Of a stretch of 64,000 bases of DNA, positions 1-13,732 are shown in pieces. Below the pieces are notes generated by a model. The model saw only the letters and a program-made list of their open reading frames with translations. It had not been told where the DNA came from and searched no databases. A program made the translations under genes and the position numbers. Within the stretch, counting starts at the first letter, position 1. Every line of letters starts with the position of its first letter. Source of the stretch: Yuukianura sp. NJ FZ-2021 (taxonomy: Eukaryota); assembly GCA_046563655.1 (NCBI GenBank), contig CM102288.1:558001-622000 (forward strand), in the 5' to 3' direction.

Positions 1-1255
1 CGGCGTATTTTGAGTAACCAAAAGTCGATACAGTTTGTGTGAAATCCTAAAAACCCAAAAATTGAAGTTTTAAAAAAAATTTGGCTTTCTTTTATTTGTT
101 TTAAAAAGTTACTTTACCGTGATTACAAGGCAGTATTTTCAAAAGTTCAGCATCCCCGTACTCTTCCATACAAATTACACAAGTTTCAAATTTTTCAACC
201 AAATCGTCCTTCCATTCAACAATTGCTAAAGAAGATACTGCCCGTGTTAGCAGCGTTTTGCGCCTGTCACGTCGATGTCGCTCCACCCATTGTTGAAATC
301 CACATTCATAAATCTGCAAAATCAAAATTTTGAAATAAAATTTTTGACTTTTTAGTATTTGCAAACATTGTCTTACAGGCTTTGCAATACATAACACGAA
401 AAGTAAGAAAAAGAAGGCTAGAACGGTCCACAGGAAGTAGAAAACGACATCTTTGTAAGTTGGTGGATTAGTGTTGATTCTAGCAAAATATCTACACAAA
501 ACAAATAATTTTGAAAAAAAAAATATTTTTGAAAAAATTGTTTTATTTTATGAAAATCACCTTTTGCTGTCGTTTTGAGTAAAAATGTGTTTCAACTCGC
601 GTCCATCGTAATCTCCAACGAAGAATGAAGGAACGACGATTTTGATTGGTCGTCCGGCTTGTTCTTCCGTGAGGCCAATGACCTCTGTGTCATTTGACCC
701 CACGTTAAAAATCACTAGTGCTGAGTAGCCAGCAGCATCAGCATGCTCAATTTTAGTTTTGTAAGGACAGTCCAACTTGGAAGCCAATAAAATCCAGGGT
801 CTTTGACCTTTGACCTCTCCACTACTGACAAGGTCAAGGTCAAACATTTTGCGAAAATTCGCTGGAAATCCGGGCGGTGGGTCAACGTCTTTGCAAGCGT
901 TGATTGGATTTGACAACTGGACGAGTCCCTGCAAAAATTAATTTGATTAAACTTTAGAGGTCAGAGGTCAACGTTTAACTTTGAAACTCTTTTAACCCTA
1001 CTTTAGCCTATTTTCAATCTAATGTTTTACCTCAATTTCGGTAGGAATTTGTGTAGTAAATTCAACTACTGATGGTTGGTCAATTATGGAGGTCACAAGA
1101 GTGTCATTGTCCAGTGAGTCAAAAATTGAAATTGTTCCTTGTGGTGGGATCATGTAAAAATAGGCGTCTAAAAATCCTGTGACACTTGGGTCAAAGGTCA
1201 CCGCGGTCACAAAAGCAAAAAACAAGGATTTGACCTCTGCTGCTGATGATGACAT
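1..1255 (-). CDS. PA-domain transmembrane RING-H2 E3 ligase (RNF13/RNF167/godzilla-like); 3' end runs off the window
   Basis: Signal-like N-terminus; PA-like segment (NPINAC...CPYKTKIEHADAAGYSALVIFN); TM helix; RING CVICMEEY...LKILPCNH continuing in the next exon as FHTNCIDFWL. Confidence 0.85.
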
Positions 1256-1692
1256 TCTGAATATTTTGACTCAAAGATATCTAATCAAGCTTCTCACAAA
1301 ACTATTTCTTTAATAATTTCGAAAATTCTGCACGGGATTGAGCAAAACCAAAATTTTGAATTCAAAAACAGAACAACATTCTATGTCGAAAAAATTCATT
1401 TGAGGAATGAGTCACACTCTTCAAAAAAAAACACAATAGGAGTTCATATTTAGAAAAGATTAAGGAAGGAATCAAAGGTCAAGTTCAACAAAAGCATGAA
1501 AATGTGAAACACTTTTTCAGAAAAAAAAAGTTCAACAAAAATGTTTTCCCCAAAAAGTTTGATTCAAAAAATACAAATGGAAAAATTCTCTTGAAAAATC
1601 TGAAAAACTTTGATTTTTTAATATTTAGATTTTTGAACAAAGGTGTAGAGTAAACATAAAGCAGTTTTTAGTCACTTTGGGTGAATTCGTGA

Positions 1693-4600
1693 TTATTTTT
1701 TCTTGGATTGACCTTGACCTTGCCCCATGGGGGTGGTCATGCTCTTGACAAAGTCTTTTCTCTGTTGTTCCAAAAGAAGTTCCAAATGATTAATTCTAAT
1801 TTGACTCTTTTCTAATTGCTTTCCCAGTTCAATCAAAGTTTCTTCTTTTCTTGCTAGTGTCTGTTTGACCCGTTGACCAATTCGTTCCATCTCGGCTTCT
1901 TTGTCTGTTCTAAATTTTTCAAAATTCCTTTGACTCTGTTCTAATTCTAACTTGTTCTTGGCTTTCAATTCAACCACGGCGGCTTTCACTCCTGCGCAGT
2001 CTTCTTCTAAAGCTTCAATTTGAGCCGTGAATTCCCGCCGAATTATGGAAGTCAAGTTAACCCGTTCTTCGAGCATGCGCAGATTGGCTTCGGTCAGATC
2101 TTGATTTTCTTTTGTTCTAAGTCCAAGTGTAGTTTTGATACTAAACAACTCTTCATCTTTAGCAAGCACCTCGGTTTTTAAAGTTGAAAACTTGACCTTG
2201 AGGTCACGCTCTGATTTCTCAAATTCGTCCAGTTCTGCTTGGAACTTTTCCTGTAGTCGTCTAAAAAAAAACAAGAAGAGATTCCATGATTTTTGAAAAT
2301 TTTGAAGTTTTTACAATAACGAATACAGAAAAAGATTTTTTCCTTACTTCAACCGAGATTCTTGAGCGAGCAATTCTTCTTGCCGAATTCGCTCAAATTC
2401 TTCGCGTAACTTTTTTTCACGTTCGCGAATTTCCTTTTCTTTTTCTTTGTTCAGAATTTCAATCAATTGTGATTCACGTTCTGCCAAAATTTGTTCATTT
2501 TTCTTATTGAACGTTGTAATCCAATTTTCACGTTGAGATTCAAAATTGTCTCGTAAACTTTGAATTTCACGTTCGTGACGTTTTTCTAATTGGCCGATTT
2601 TGAGTTCATGTTCTTGACGAATATTTTCAATCTAAGGAGAGAAAAAAAATCTCTTGCTTTTTTGAATTTTTGAAATCTTGAAAATTTTCAAAATTTTACC
2701 TCAACTTCACATTTGATTTGACCTTTCCTGACGTTTTCTTGAGCAGATTCACGAATTTTCACTTCTTCGGCCGAAATTCGATCTTTTTCGTCTTGCATTT
2801 CTTTTAGCCAGCGTCTTTTTTGTGTCTCCAATTCTTCCACTTGACGCTGAAAATCTGCTTCAAATCGCTTTTCAAGCAATTCGCGTTCTTGACGACACGC
2901 CGATTCTTTTTCGCGACTGAAATTTTCACGCAGTTCTTGTAGTTGGTGCGTTTGTTTTCGCGCGTAGCGTTCTTCTAGTTCGTGAATTTCGTCGGCATAG
3001 TAGGCTCGTGTTTCTGACATTTCTTGTTGGTGTCGCTGAATGAGACGCTGAACTTCCGGTTCTAGGCCTTTGACCGTCATGTCCTGCAAAATCATACAAC
3101 AAAAAAATGTCAACAGTCAAAAACGTCAACAACAAAAAGCTCAACTACAAAATGGTCAATTACACAACTGAAAAGTTACCCGAATTTCCTGGGTCTTCTG
3201 TCCCACCCATTTTTGTTTCTTGTTTTTGTCCGAATTTTCTTGAAGTTTTCTCAATCTCTTGATTTCTTCTAAATGTTTTTCTTGTAAAGACTTAATTTGT
3301 TGTTGAAATTTTTCTTCAGTTTCTTTCGACTCTTTCAAAATTTTCTCACACTTTTCTTGTAAACTTCGTTTTTCAGTTATCAGTTGATCAACAAATGCTT
3401 GGTGTCTGGTCACAGTCAGCTCAAATTCTTCTTGTTGCAGCTTCAGCCGTTTCTTGGCATCTTTTTCCGAATTTCTGAAACAAAATCAAAATTTCAGAGA
3501 AAGTTTAAAAAAAATGAAATTTTTTTGTGAGTTACTTCATATTGCGAATGTTCAGTTCTCGTTGACTGATCAGCGTCTCTTCAAGGATATGTACATTATG
3601 AGCAGAATCTTCAACTTGTCTCTCCAACATCATAATTTCCCGCGCCAATTCCGCCGAGCCTTTTCGAATCAAAGTGTCCAGTCTGAGGTAATCCATTTTC
3701 CAAAATGAAAGTTTCGAAAAAAAAATTTGAAAAAGAGCAAAAGTCCAGTGAGTGACCTCATTTTCCTATAAGTTGTAACAGTAATCGATAAATCAATGCT
3801 TCACTCACTTGCTAGCGGTGGTCACGTCAGGAGTAACGGAAAGCGATAATTTAGTGGCCGAGGAAGGAAGTAACCGCCGCGGTGCGTGACCTTGACCTTG
3901 ACCTGGCAACACAGTGGAGGTGATGGGGTCAATGTCCTTTTGCTTAAATTTTAGTTGAAACAGTTTGTCACGATCAGACTGCTCCACTTCGTCCAAAAAT
4001 GAGAGAAGCGTCCTACAAAAAAAGTCAAAAATCAAAAGTAATTTCAAAATTTGAAACTCCAAAGATCAGAATTTTTAACTTTTTTTTAATTACTGAGATT
4101 TTGTGTCAAAATTCTCCCAAGGTTCCGAAATATGTGAAGATCTGCTGCTGCCTGGATCCCTGATCCAATCCCCAGCTCCACCATTAGGTAAAAATTGACC
4201 TTGACCTTTGACCTCTTCAAAAAGATTGTGGCTTTTGACCTCTTCGAAAATATCTTGACCTTTGACTTCCCCAAAAAGCGAATCCAAAAAATCAAAATTT
4301 TCTGGAAGTGGTGATTCGTTTCTTTGTCCAGGCGCTGGTGAAGGTGACGAGCGTACCGTAGAACAGGAAATTTCGGAAGTAGCAGGCTCAAAAGCGGGTA
4401 AATCCGAAACAATTTCGGAAATTTTCGGAACTTCGGAAATTTGTTCAGAATTTTTCCGATTGGCAGTAGCTGGCATAAGAGTGGATAAATTAACGCTTCC
4501 GGAAGGAGATGGTGACGGTACTCCAGCGGTATTTTCTTCTAAAAACGTTTCAATTTCGGTTCCTTTTGCCTCTTCTTCTTCGATCATCCGAAGAATCCCG

Positions 4601-5637
4601 AACACTTTCCGGAAGTCGTAGTCAGGCGAAGGACTCTGCGGTGGGAGCTCAGAAGTTATGCCACCAACAACTAGCTTTTCTGGATTTTGAAGTTCGGCGG
4701 TTTCCGGATTTCGAAGTTCGGTAGTTTCCGGATTTCGTTGTTCGTGGTTCAGTGTTGTCGGCGGAACATTGTATCCGGTATCGGGTCGAGCCGATACCAT
4801 TGGAGTGCTTGCTAGAGAGCTGATGAGTGAGAGCGTCGGTAAGGAAGTCAGTTCTGGACCGGTCATGTCGAAAACTTTGTGCTTCTGCGCCGGCACGTAC
4901 CCAGTTTCATCGTTACGCATAAGATTCAAGTCATCTGTTTCTGCACAATTGTGATTAGTAGTCAATCCTTGACAAAGAGAAAGAACTTCGCGGCAAAGTT
5001 CGTCCGATTGACTCAGCAGCAACTTATCGTCAGCTGTAAATTCCGCTGGGACGGGAGAGCGCGAATTTGAAAATGGCGGCGGCGACATTGAAAACTCCTC
5101 TTCATCGTCTATCGTGTTACTATGAACCGAAATAGACATGGATCCGCTTGCCGGTCGCTGGCTTCTGTTCTTCACCGGGGTGGACTGACAAGAAGAGTTC
5201 TGCGCCGAATCGATACCGGAACCGGATACCGGTTTGGTGGTTCGAAGGAACGTAGATGACGCTGACCGTGGTTTAGGATTCGGCGGATGAATGACCTTCG
5301 CTCTAGCTCTCACGCCGGTCAAAAGTGCTGGAGCCGAAAGTTTTCTGGATCCACTTGGCAGTACATCCTGCTCCTTCAAAACATTAATATCTTAATTATC
5401 CATATGATATAATATTAATAATATATATAATATGTATAATATATTATAATATAATATTATGATCCTAGCAATATGTCTTACTGGAGATGACCTAGGTGAA
5501 GCGGAGAGGTCAAGGTCACCTACTGACGACATTTGAGACTCTGGACGAGAGGTGACCTTGGCCGAACTTCCAGGTTCAATTTGTTTCTTTCTGGGTCCGG
5601 TAGGCGGTTTTCCGTAAACTTTACCGTATATTTTCAT
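1693..5637 (-). CDS. CEP131: Centrosomal protein 131 (AZI1/dilatory)-like coiled-coil protein, multi-exon
   Basis: Motifs HQAFVDQLITEKRSLQEKCE, TVKGLEPEVQRLIQRH and RVKQTLARKEETL resemble the CEP131 C-terminal coiled coil; disordered N-terminus; GT-AG introns. Confidence 0.75.
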
Positions 5638-5926
5638 GTTAATTTTTATATTTAACTTTGTTTAAATTAAAAGTAACTTTTTTAAATTAAATTATTCTAA
5701 TTTAATTAAAATCAACACAAGTCACCAAATTCCCAGACTACGGAACTGCTCCGAAAGAGCAAGTACAAAAAACAATACGCTGTTTGTTGTGAAAATGGTT
5801 TCCAAGGTGACACAATGCGCAAAGGGGGAGCAGGGGACAACCCCTAATCAAAATGCATAAAAATTTTTATTCTAAAAATATTACCTGTACAATAAAATAT
5901 TAAAATTGCAGTAAATTGTACTCTAG

Positions 5927-8900
5927 TTAGCTCTGAATACAGCTGAGACGGGTTGTTTTGCGTTCTGGACGGCAGATTTGCTTATTCTCGAGAATGCTGT
6001 TAGTGTTACGAATGTCGCTGGTTTTCTCTTGAATGTCGCTGGCTTCGTTACGAATGTCGCTGGTTTTGATTTGAATGTTGTTAGTTTTGTTGCGAATGTC
6101 GCTGGCTTTGTTTCTTGGTGTTGCCATTGGTCGTGGAGGTGGTGGGACTTTAAATTGAAATCCAACCAAAATGTTTCTTATGGTTTCCGCTCGTTGTCGA
6201 TTGATTGAACCTTGAAGATCATCCAGTGTTGTGATCTCATCAGTGGACACAATGATTGTAAAAGATTCAGCATCTTTCTTAGAAGATCTTCCAGAAGGAA
6301 TCACTGAAGTGTTAAACTGGCCAGAAAGTACTGCTGACAGATCAAACGTCGAAGTTCCTGCATTGGGAAGTATTTCATTTCCGGTTGAGTTTCGTTCCAA
6401 AAACGTTGGTTCCAGAAATGAATTTGGCAGATTGCATAGGAACTGTGGAAAGTTGCAATCGAAGAGTGGATGGTCCGAAGCTGTTAGTTCAGTTCGGTAC
6501 TTGCTAATTGTTGTTGTTGGTTCTGCTTCGCAAGTAATGGACGGAGGTGGAGCTATTTCTGGCTTGTTTGAAGAAGCAGTTGATGCTGGAGCGTTCGTTC
6601 GAAGTTTTGGCAGCACTGTAGCAACTACAGGTTTCGTTGTGGACTGTACTTGTGCAACTGCAGCCACAAATTGTTGTGGTACACCCAATTCAAATGTGCT
6701 AATTTCCGTCTCGTCTGTAGTAAACTTCAAACTGGAAAGCGGAAGTTCAAGTGTGTCCATCTCAGAGCCGAAGCGTAACAACTTCCAAGACCTTGAAAAT
6801 ACAGAATCAAATATCAGAATTAAAATACATACAAAGTATTCAAAGTTTTTCCAAAATTTTCGGTTGAAGTAAGGTTTAGACTGAGAGATTGTATCCCTAG
6901 TAGCATTGGCGCCGTACCCCGCCAAGTTCGAAAACACTAGAACTTAATTTTTTTTTAGAATTAGAATTTGAGACTTGTATTTTACCCGTGCTGAAGTGGG
7001 ATTTGAATATAACGATTCTGTCCTTGCAAAACAACGTCAACCTCAAGGTGTCTCCGGATTCTTTTCAAGTGAATTGGCTCCACAGCGACAGACTGCTCAA
7101 CAGGAACGACGGAACTGACAGTGCTAGATGGCTGACATTCGGCCATCAATGCTGGATGCAGACATTCTCTGTAAAGATTAAAGCACATTAAGACTTAACT
7201 AATTAACTAACCTAACTAATTTACATATACTTTGTAAAAAATCCTGTTTGATTAATAGAATTACAAACTTACGGATTGTTAATCTTGATATTGAAAAGCT
7301 CATTTTCGTCAACCTTGTCCAGAGTCAGTCTCATGCTTTTGGCAATTTCTAAAATATGGTCGGGTATACTCGATTTTCGGTGATTATTGGAGTCAACAGT
7401 ATAAGTATACGGTTCGTCAACTGCCTCAGTCAACAATTCTTCAACTGTCTTCTCTTCATTAAAGTGTCGCAGTTTTGGTGGTCGCCCAGGCCCGCGACGT
7501 CTACTCTTCCCAGCCACTTCCGAGTTGTAGTCGTAAATACTTGGAACTTCCAACTTCCTGATGAGAGAATTGTAAACTTCTGGGTCGAATTTTTTTGAAT
7601 AACGACGTTGCCTAGCCGTATTGCAACCTACTTTCTGTTTCTCCAGTACGGGCATCTCGTTTTTCTCTAAGCTTGGATTGTAATTTGGAAGTACTTGAAT
7701 TAATTGCTCCACCATCGTCATTTCTGTTTCACTTTCATGATTGCCTTGGATATTGTCATCGCTGTAAATTAAATCAATCTCAACGGGCTTCTTCGTTTCC
7801 CGAAGTCTGAAACTTCTTCGGCGTTTGTCGGCATTCCGACATTGCGGCAGTCCTTGTACTGTGGTATCGGTATCGGTGTCGGTATCACGCAATATCGGTA
7901 TTTCCAGTTTAGAGGCTAATGGTCTATTCTGCCATCGGGGTCTGAGACGACGTCGCTCGTTATCCCGCCCTTGGGATCTCGTGGTTCGTCTCAAACCATT
8001 GAGGAATCTGGCTCTGGAGTTACGAACTTGCCCAATCGTCTTCGGTGTCGTTTTTGAAACGACAGGAGTCAGAGTTTCGCTGATTGATTTAGTCGCAGTA
8101 ACTGGTGTATCTAACATTGGAGGCAGTGGAGATACCGTGATCGATGAAGTTTCTTTGCTTCTACCCGTATGATAGTCGGTGAGTTTCGTCTGTTTTAGTT
8201 TCGAAGTTGTGTTAGGTACTGATTTGACGCAGGTACGTTCTGACATTCCAAGTTCTGACGGCCTTGGCATGAAAATTACTCTAACTCGCTGGTGATCTGT
8301 TTTCTTAGGAGTTTCAGCACTTCTGGAGATGCTACGGGTATGGGAGCCAGTGTTTGTCGCAACTTCAAGCGAAATCTTATCATCTTCAAAACGTTTCCTC
8401 TTGGAAGCAAGTCGCTTGAGATTGATTTTCAGTTCACGTGGACAAATCTGAGTAATAATTTGAGGTGACATTTTCTTTGGTACAGGAGATAGTGCCTGCG
8501 ATGTTATTTCTGGAACTGGTTCTGCAGTTGCAGTAACAGGAATGGCGGAATTCGATTTCTTAGCAGTTGAGGGTGGTGTGAGGAGTGCCCCGAATCTAGA
8601 AACAAAAATAAACAGTTGTAAATGCTGCAAGGACGTAGTAATATGGACGTTTGGGCTTCTACATTTCCTTGTATTTCTACATTTGTGTTTCTATTTATGA
8701 AAATGTTAGCCGTAGGTCAAAGGTCAATACACTCATACAAACGTTGTTTGTCTCAATGTGATGAACAACTTTACAGGTCACTGGCAGCAAAAGAAACTTG
8801 ACTTTGACCTTTGACCCGGAAGGTATTTACCTCCGTATGACAGGAAGCACTGGTAGATCCACTGATTTCTTGTCCATTTCTTGTTTTCGTTTCGCCATCG

Positions 8901-9133
8901 ATTGTGCAGTAGTGTACTGTCTCATGGTAATAAATTCTTCAACCCTAAAAAGACGGATTGAAGTTAACCGCAGCTATTACATTAATGCAATTTAACACTT
9001 AACAAGATGAAATAAACCAACTTACCAGTCTAAAGATACTATTAGTACGACCGATTAGTGTTGAAACAGCAAATGAAATGACGATTCCGGTCGAGGTCGA
9101 TTGTTTCCGTTTATACCATTCAGCCTCAAGCAT
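5927..9133 (-). CDS. Uncharacterised low-complexity, probably nuclear protein with an AT-hook-like motif; 5' exons uncertain
   Basis: Long co-oriented ORFs 7269-8630 and 5927-6937 separated by short introns; RRGPGRPPK motif. Confidence 0.55.
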
Positions 9134-9723
9134 CCGGGAACTAGAAAGACAAAAGAAGATGAAACACAGAAATTGAGTGTTTTCTAAAAAGGAAAATAGA
9201 TTTTTCTTTTACCATTTGAAATTTCGAAAGTCCTTCACCTTTCTGTGTTTTTCCCTTTTTCACAGGATTTTATGAGAATGTTTTCATGCCCGAATCCTTA
9301 ACTTGCAACCCTAAAAATAACCTAAAACACTTTTTAAAGTTTTGTTTAAGTGTTCAGATTCAGTGTTCAAAAGTACCGAAATTTTGACCCACTGCATTTG
9401 CTGTCTTACCACCTTTGACTAGTACGCAGAAGCGGACTTGAAAATTACAATCCAAAATTCGGAAGGCGTCTCTTCCCTTATCGCGTCGAAATTCTTGAAT
9501 TTAAAAAATTGGCCAAAAGTTGCCATCAAAAAATTCACACGACTTTTAAATTAAGAGTCGTATGAATTTTATGTTAAATTTCTATTTGAACGGAATCCTT
9601 TTTTAAAATTTTTAATTTCAGTTTAATTTGTGTAATGTGACATTGACATTTAACATAAAGTAATCGCAGCATTACATTTTTATTGAGTTCATCACTTTTG
9701 TTTGTGTTAACTGCTAAAGTTCT

Positions 9724-11419
9724 TTAGACAAAGAATGAGGCAAAGATGACCTCGGAATGGTCATGCGTAATGATTGAAATTCGATTTCCATTGAAGATTC
9801 CTTTGATATGATACACGTCAAACTGAACAAAAATGCAACAAATCATTGCACTAACCTATGTTTCAATTAAGTTTTTGAGGTCAAAGGTCAAATTTTACCA
9901 GCAACACGACTCCACCAATGGCGATGACTGGAAGTCCTTCCAGCAGAAGACTCTCTAAAACAGTTTCATTGGCAGGAACAACGGAATTTCCGAGTGCAAG
10001 AACAGTATATACGATTGGCCAAAGGATTAATGCTCCGGAAGTAATCACAGGAACAATGGCATAGTAAAAGTTGTTTGAGGTCACATCAATCTAAAAGTTA
10101 AGTTAGAAGGGTAAGCATTTAGAACTACGTTGAGGTCAAAGGTCAAAGGTCAACTTACGTAAAGCTTTCCGTTGGGGTCAGAGGTCACGAGTCGACGGAA
10201 TAGAAAGTACGACCACAGCAGACTGCCGAAGGTCACTGGCACAATCATGGCTGGAATGATGTCGGCAAATCCAAGACTTAAAGCGTAGCCAAATAGGGAG
10301 AGAAAAACAGTTGATAGGATGAAGATGACCTTGTCCAAGGGCCCACCACGAACCCCTTCTGGGGTAACCAACCGCACATACATGATGAGTAACGTGTATA
10401 AACACCTAAAAAAATTTTTTTTTTGTTAAAATTTTACAATTTTGTTTTAAAAGGTCAAAGGTCAAAGGTCAAGGTCATTTGTTGTTACAGCGGAATCGAC
10501 GCAAGCCAGCGATGATGTGCCAGGAGGAGTATAGGAGGAGGCGTTCCGTAAATTTCATTCCAGTGTAGATTCCTAAAAAATGAAATTTTGGATAAAATAT
10601 TTCAAAAATTTTTGAAATTTTGGACAAACTATTTTAAGAATTTCGAAATTTTTGATTTTTTTAAGTGTTTTACCAAAGTAGTTGTGATGCAAGGGTGACT
10701 AGAAAGCAAACTAGCATTTGGATGACCTTGACCTTGAAAATTTGACCTGCATAGTTTTGTCTGAACTGGGCATTTGTAAACATGGATGGAACGGGATGTG
10801 GTGGCGGAGTTTGATCCGGATGGTTCTGCCAACACCAACACAAATTTGGCCACTAATTTTCAAAAAATATTTCAAAATTTTGATCAAAACTATCTTTTTT
10901 GTTTCGTTTTTGAAAGAATCTTCGATTTACTTTTAGAACAAAATCCGGTTTCATCGGTCGAGTCGATTCTCCCGGAATTTCCCCCACTTTTTGGTACGCC
11001 TGAGAGTGTGAATACGTTTTTTCCTCCTGCGTCTGCGCACGACCTTTTCCCACTGGGGCAAGTAGCGGCGTCTGCTCCGTGTCATCCGCAAGGTCACCGC
11101 CGGCCATTTCATTGTCACTTTCGTCCAGTGCTACAATGTGAACTTGACCTTGACCTCTCTTCAGCGATTCGACTGAAATAGTTGTATGCGCAGTCACTGG
11201 AACTACTGCGGGAGACTGCGTGACCTTGACCCCTTCAGAAGGAATAGGCGACAGGAACACATCAGGAGATGGATTGTGGTCACTTCCAGACTTAGTAAGG
11301 TCATCTCCACCCCCGGGGGGTCCGGTGTAGTTTGGATTCAGAATGGAACTGGCCGAAACTGACGTTCGGAGAACAGTCGGAGGAGGCGGATCGGTTGAGG
11401 CAAGGCCTTTATCAGACAT
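9724..11419 (-). CDS. Uncharacterised multi-pass membrane protein with a disordered N-terminus
   Basis: ATG at 11419; hydrophobic exons 10150-10383 and 9881-10084; stop at 9724. Confidence 0.55.
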
Positions 11420-11619
11420 ATCTGAGTTTTAGTCAACACTTTTACTTCAAATCACCCAAAAAAAAGTTTTAATTGTTTTAATTATTTGTTTCATACAAAA
11501 AAAAATTCAAAAATTTTATTGAAAAGCGGACCAAAATAGTTGAAACTTTAAAAAAAAATTTTTTTTTAAACGTTGCTCTTAGCAACAATTTTGAATTTAA
11601 AGTGAAGCTGCCACGCGAA

Positions 11620-13174
11620 CCCACGACTTTCGATTTGGAATGGCAAATCTTCGGCCGTTCAAAATTCTTAGAATTTCGACCAGATCCAGCTTCAAAAATG
11701 CAAAAGTAGTCAGAAAGTTCGAAAGTTTAAAATTTTGAAAAGTTTAGCATGTAAAAACTTACAATTCCTACACATTCTGCAGCGAAAGCGGTTGATCCAC
11801 AGTAGAGGAACAGTTGCGAGTAGATGTTTTCATGCTGGAATGTGAAGCTCACAAAAGCTGTGTAATTTGCCAACATCTTTGAAACCAAAAACCAAGATCC
11901 CACAGAAGATAGCACAACCTCAACAATCGTCATAATGAGCAACAAACTTCCGCGTTTCGAAATGTGAATCTAAAAAAGTCACTGATTAGTTCAAAACTTT
12001 TTTGAAAATTGAAGCCAACAAAATTTTTAAATTAAACAGTTTACGTCTTCTTTAAACTGCGGCAGAAAGCCAAGAAAGAGGCAATGAATGGCCAAGGTCA
12101 AAGCAATTGTTGGAACAACGACAAGCTCCCACCGAACTCCAGCGATGAAAACAATCATCAAAATGGCAATTCCCTAGTTTCAAAATTTGGAAATTTTGAA
12201 AAAATATTTTCATGAAAATTTTAGTCTATTTGGTTAGTAGTTACCTTTAGAGTGTAAATGAGCAGAGCAAGGCTTCTATACTTGGCAGCATTTGTGAAGC
12301 GAACGACTGTATACAAAATGCCATAGAGGAATCTAGTTTTCAAATTCAAAACACCAGTACTAAATTTTGAAAAAATAAAAAAAACTGAATTTCGAAATTA
12401 AATTTTTCTTTACATTCCGATATACAGGAGCCACGAAAACTGAAACGCGAATTTGACCAACGCCGGTTGAACTAAAGAACTTTCTTCACCACTCCTAAAA
12501 GTTAATTAAAGTTTTTTGATGAACTTAATCACACCTTAAGAAAGTTAATTACAAATGTAATTATGTTATTTCAAAATGACCTTTACCACGTGACCTGGAC
12601 GTAAAAAGTAAGTCCGAATGCTGTCAACATTTGGAATGCCCTGAGGATCATGACCTTGAGAAAAAGCGTTCCTTCATGCTCAAGGTCAAGGTTCACTTCA
12701 TATTCCCTTGAAATGCAGCACTAAAAAACAAAAACTGCTCTTAAAATCGATTTGATTTAATCTGTATTTTCAAATTACTTTTCTTAATCGTTTCTCTAAA
12801 GACGTAAAAACATCTTGTTTAGTCTTTTTCTTCGGTGGAGCTGATTGTCGTGGTGGCTGTGTGGCGGGGTCATTGACCTTGTTTTCATTTTCTGGATTTG
12901 GGGCTTCCGGAGCGACATTTTGCATCTGAGCGACTGCCGAGGGATGCTGTTCCCTGTACCGTTTCAAGCATTCCCGCCACCGATCCACTTCGGGGGTATA
13001 AAGTCTCCCTCGGGGGTATCCTTGCTCGTTCAACTGGTTGGGGTCATTGGGGTCAAGCACAAGGTCGTTCGGACGGGGGTCAATTTCAACTAACCTATTT
13101 TGGTCATGAATGTGAAGACCAGGCAGGTTGTACTGACTGCGTCGCGCAGGACGATGAGGTTTTATAAAAATCAT
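11620..13174 (-). CDS. Uncharacterised multi-exon protein with hydrophobic C-terminal segments; boundaries approximate
   Basis: ORF 12770-13174 plus hydrophobic ORF 11727-11945, with splice-like sites between them. Confidence 0.4.
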
Positions 13175-13732
13175 TTTGAAAGGTCAAAGGTCAACTTCAA
13201 ATCTCTTGGACATATTCTCCCACCACCATAATTGTTTAAAAAAAAATACTTTCAAAAAATAACACACATCTCGCCCTAGCACCACATAGGAAGTTTGAAT
13301 TTAAAATTTTGGAAAAATTTTAACATTTAAACGAGGTCATTGACACAAAAAGGTCAAGTGACCTTGCAATGCTTTTATGCAGAATTCATGGTATTTTTTT
13401 TAGAGTTTGAGTTTTTTTATTTAAAGAAATGTTAAGTCTTGCACAACTATATCTATCTAGTTCAGAGTTTTTTTTTAAAAGTTGGATTTGTTGTGCTTGT
13501 GTTTGTTTTGGACAAGGGCTGAAATGTTTTTATCAGTCAATGTCAAAGGTCAAATTGATTAACAGCCATTCGGGTGAGGGTGTGTTGCTTTGTAACAGCT
13601 TATATCAACACTATTAGTTAACTTTTAGAATCGAAACGCTAAAAATTTCTAAATTTCTAAAAACAAAAGTTAAAAGCGGACAAGCAAGGTTTCCGTTTTG
13701 AAGTTTTAGACTGTTATTTAACTCAATGAAAA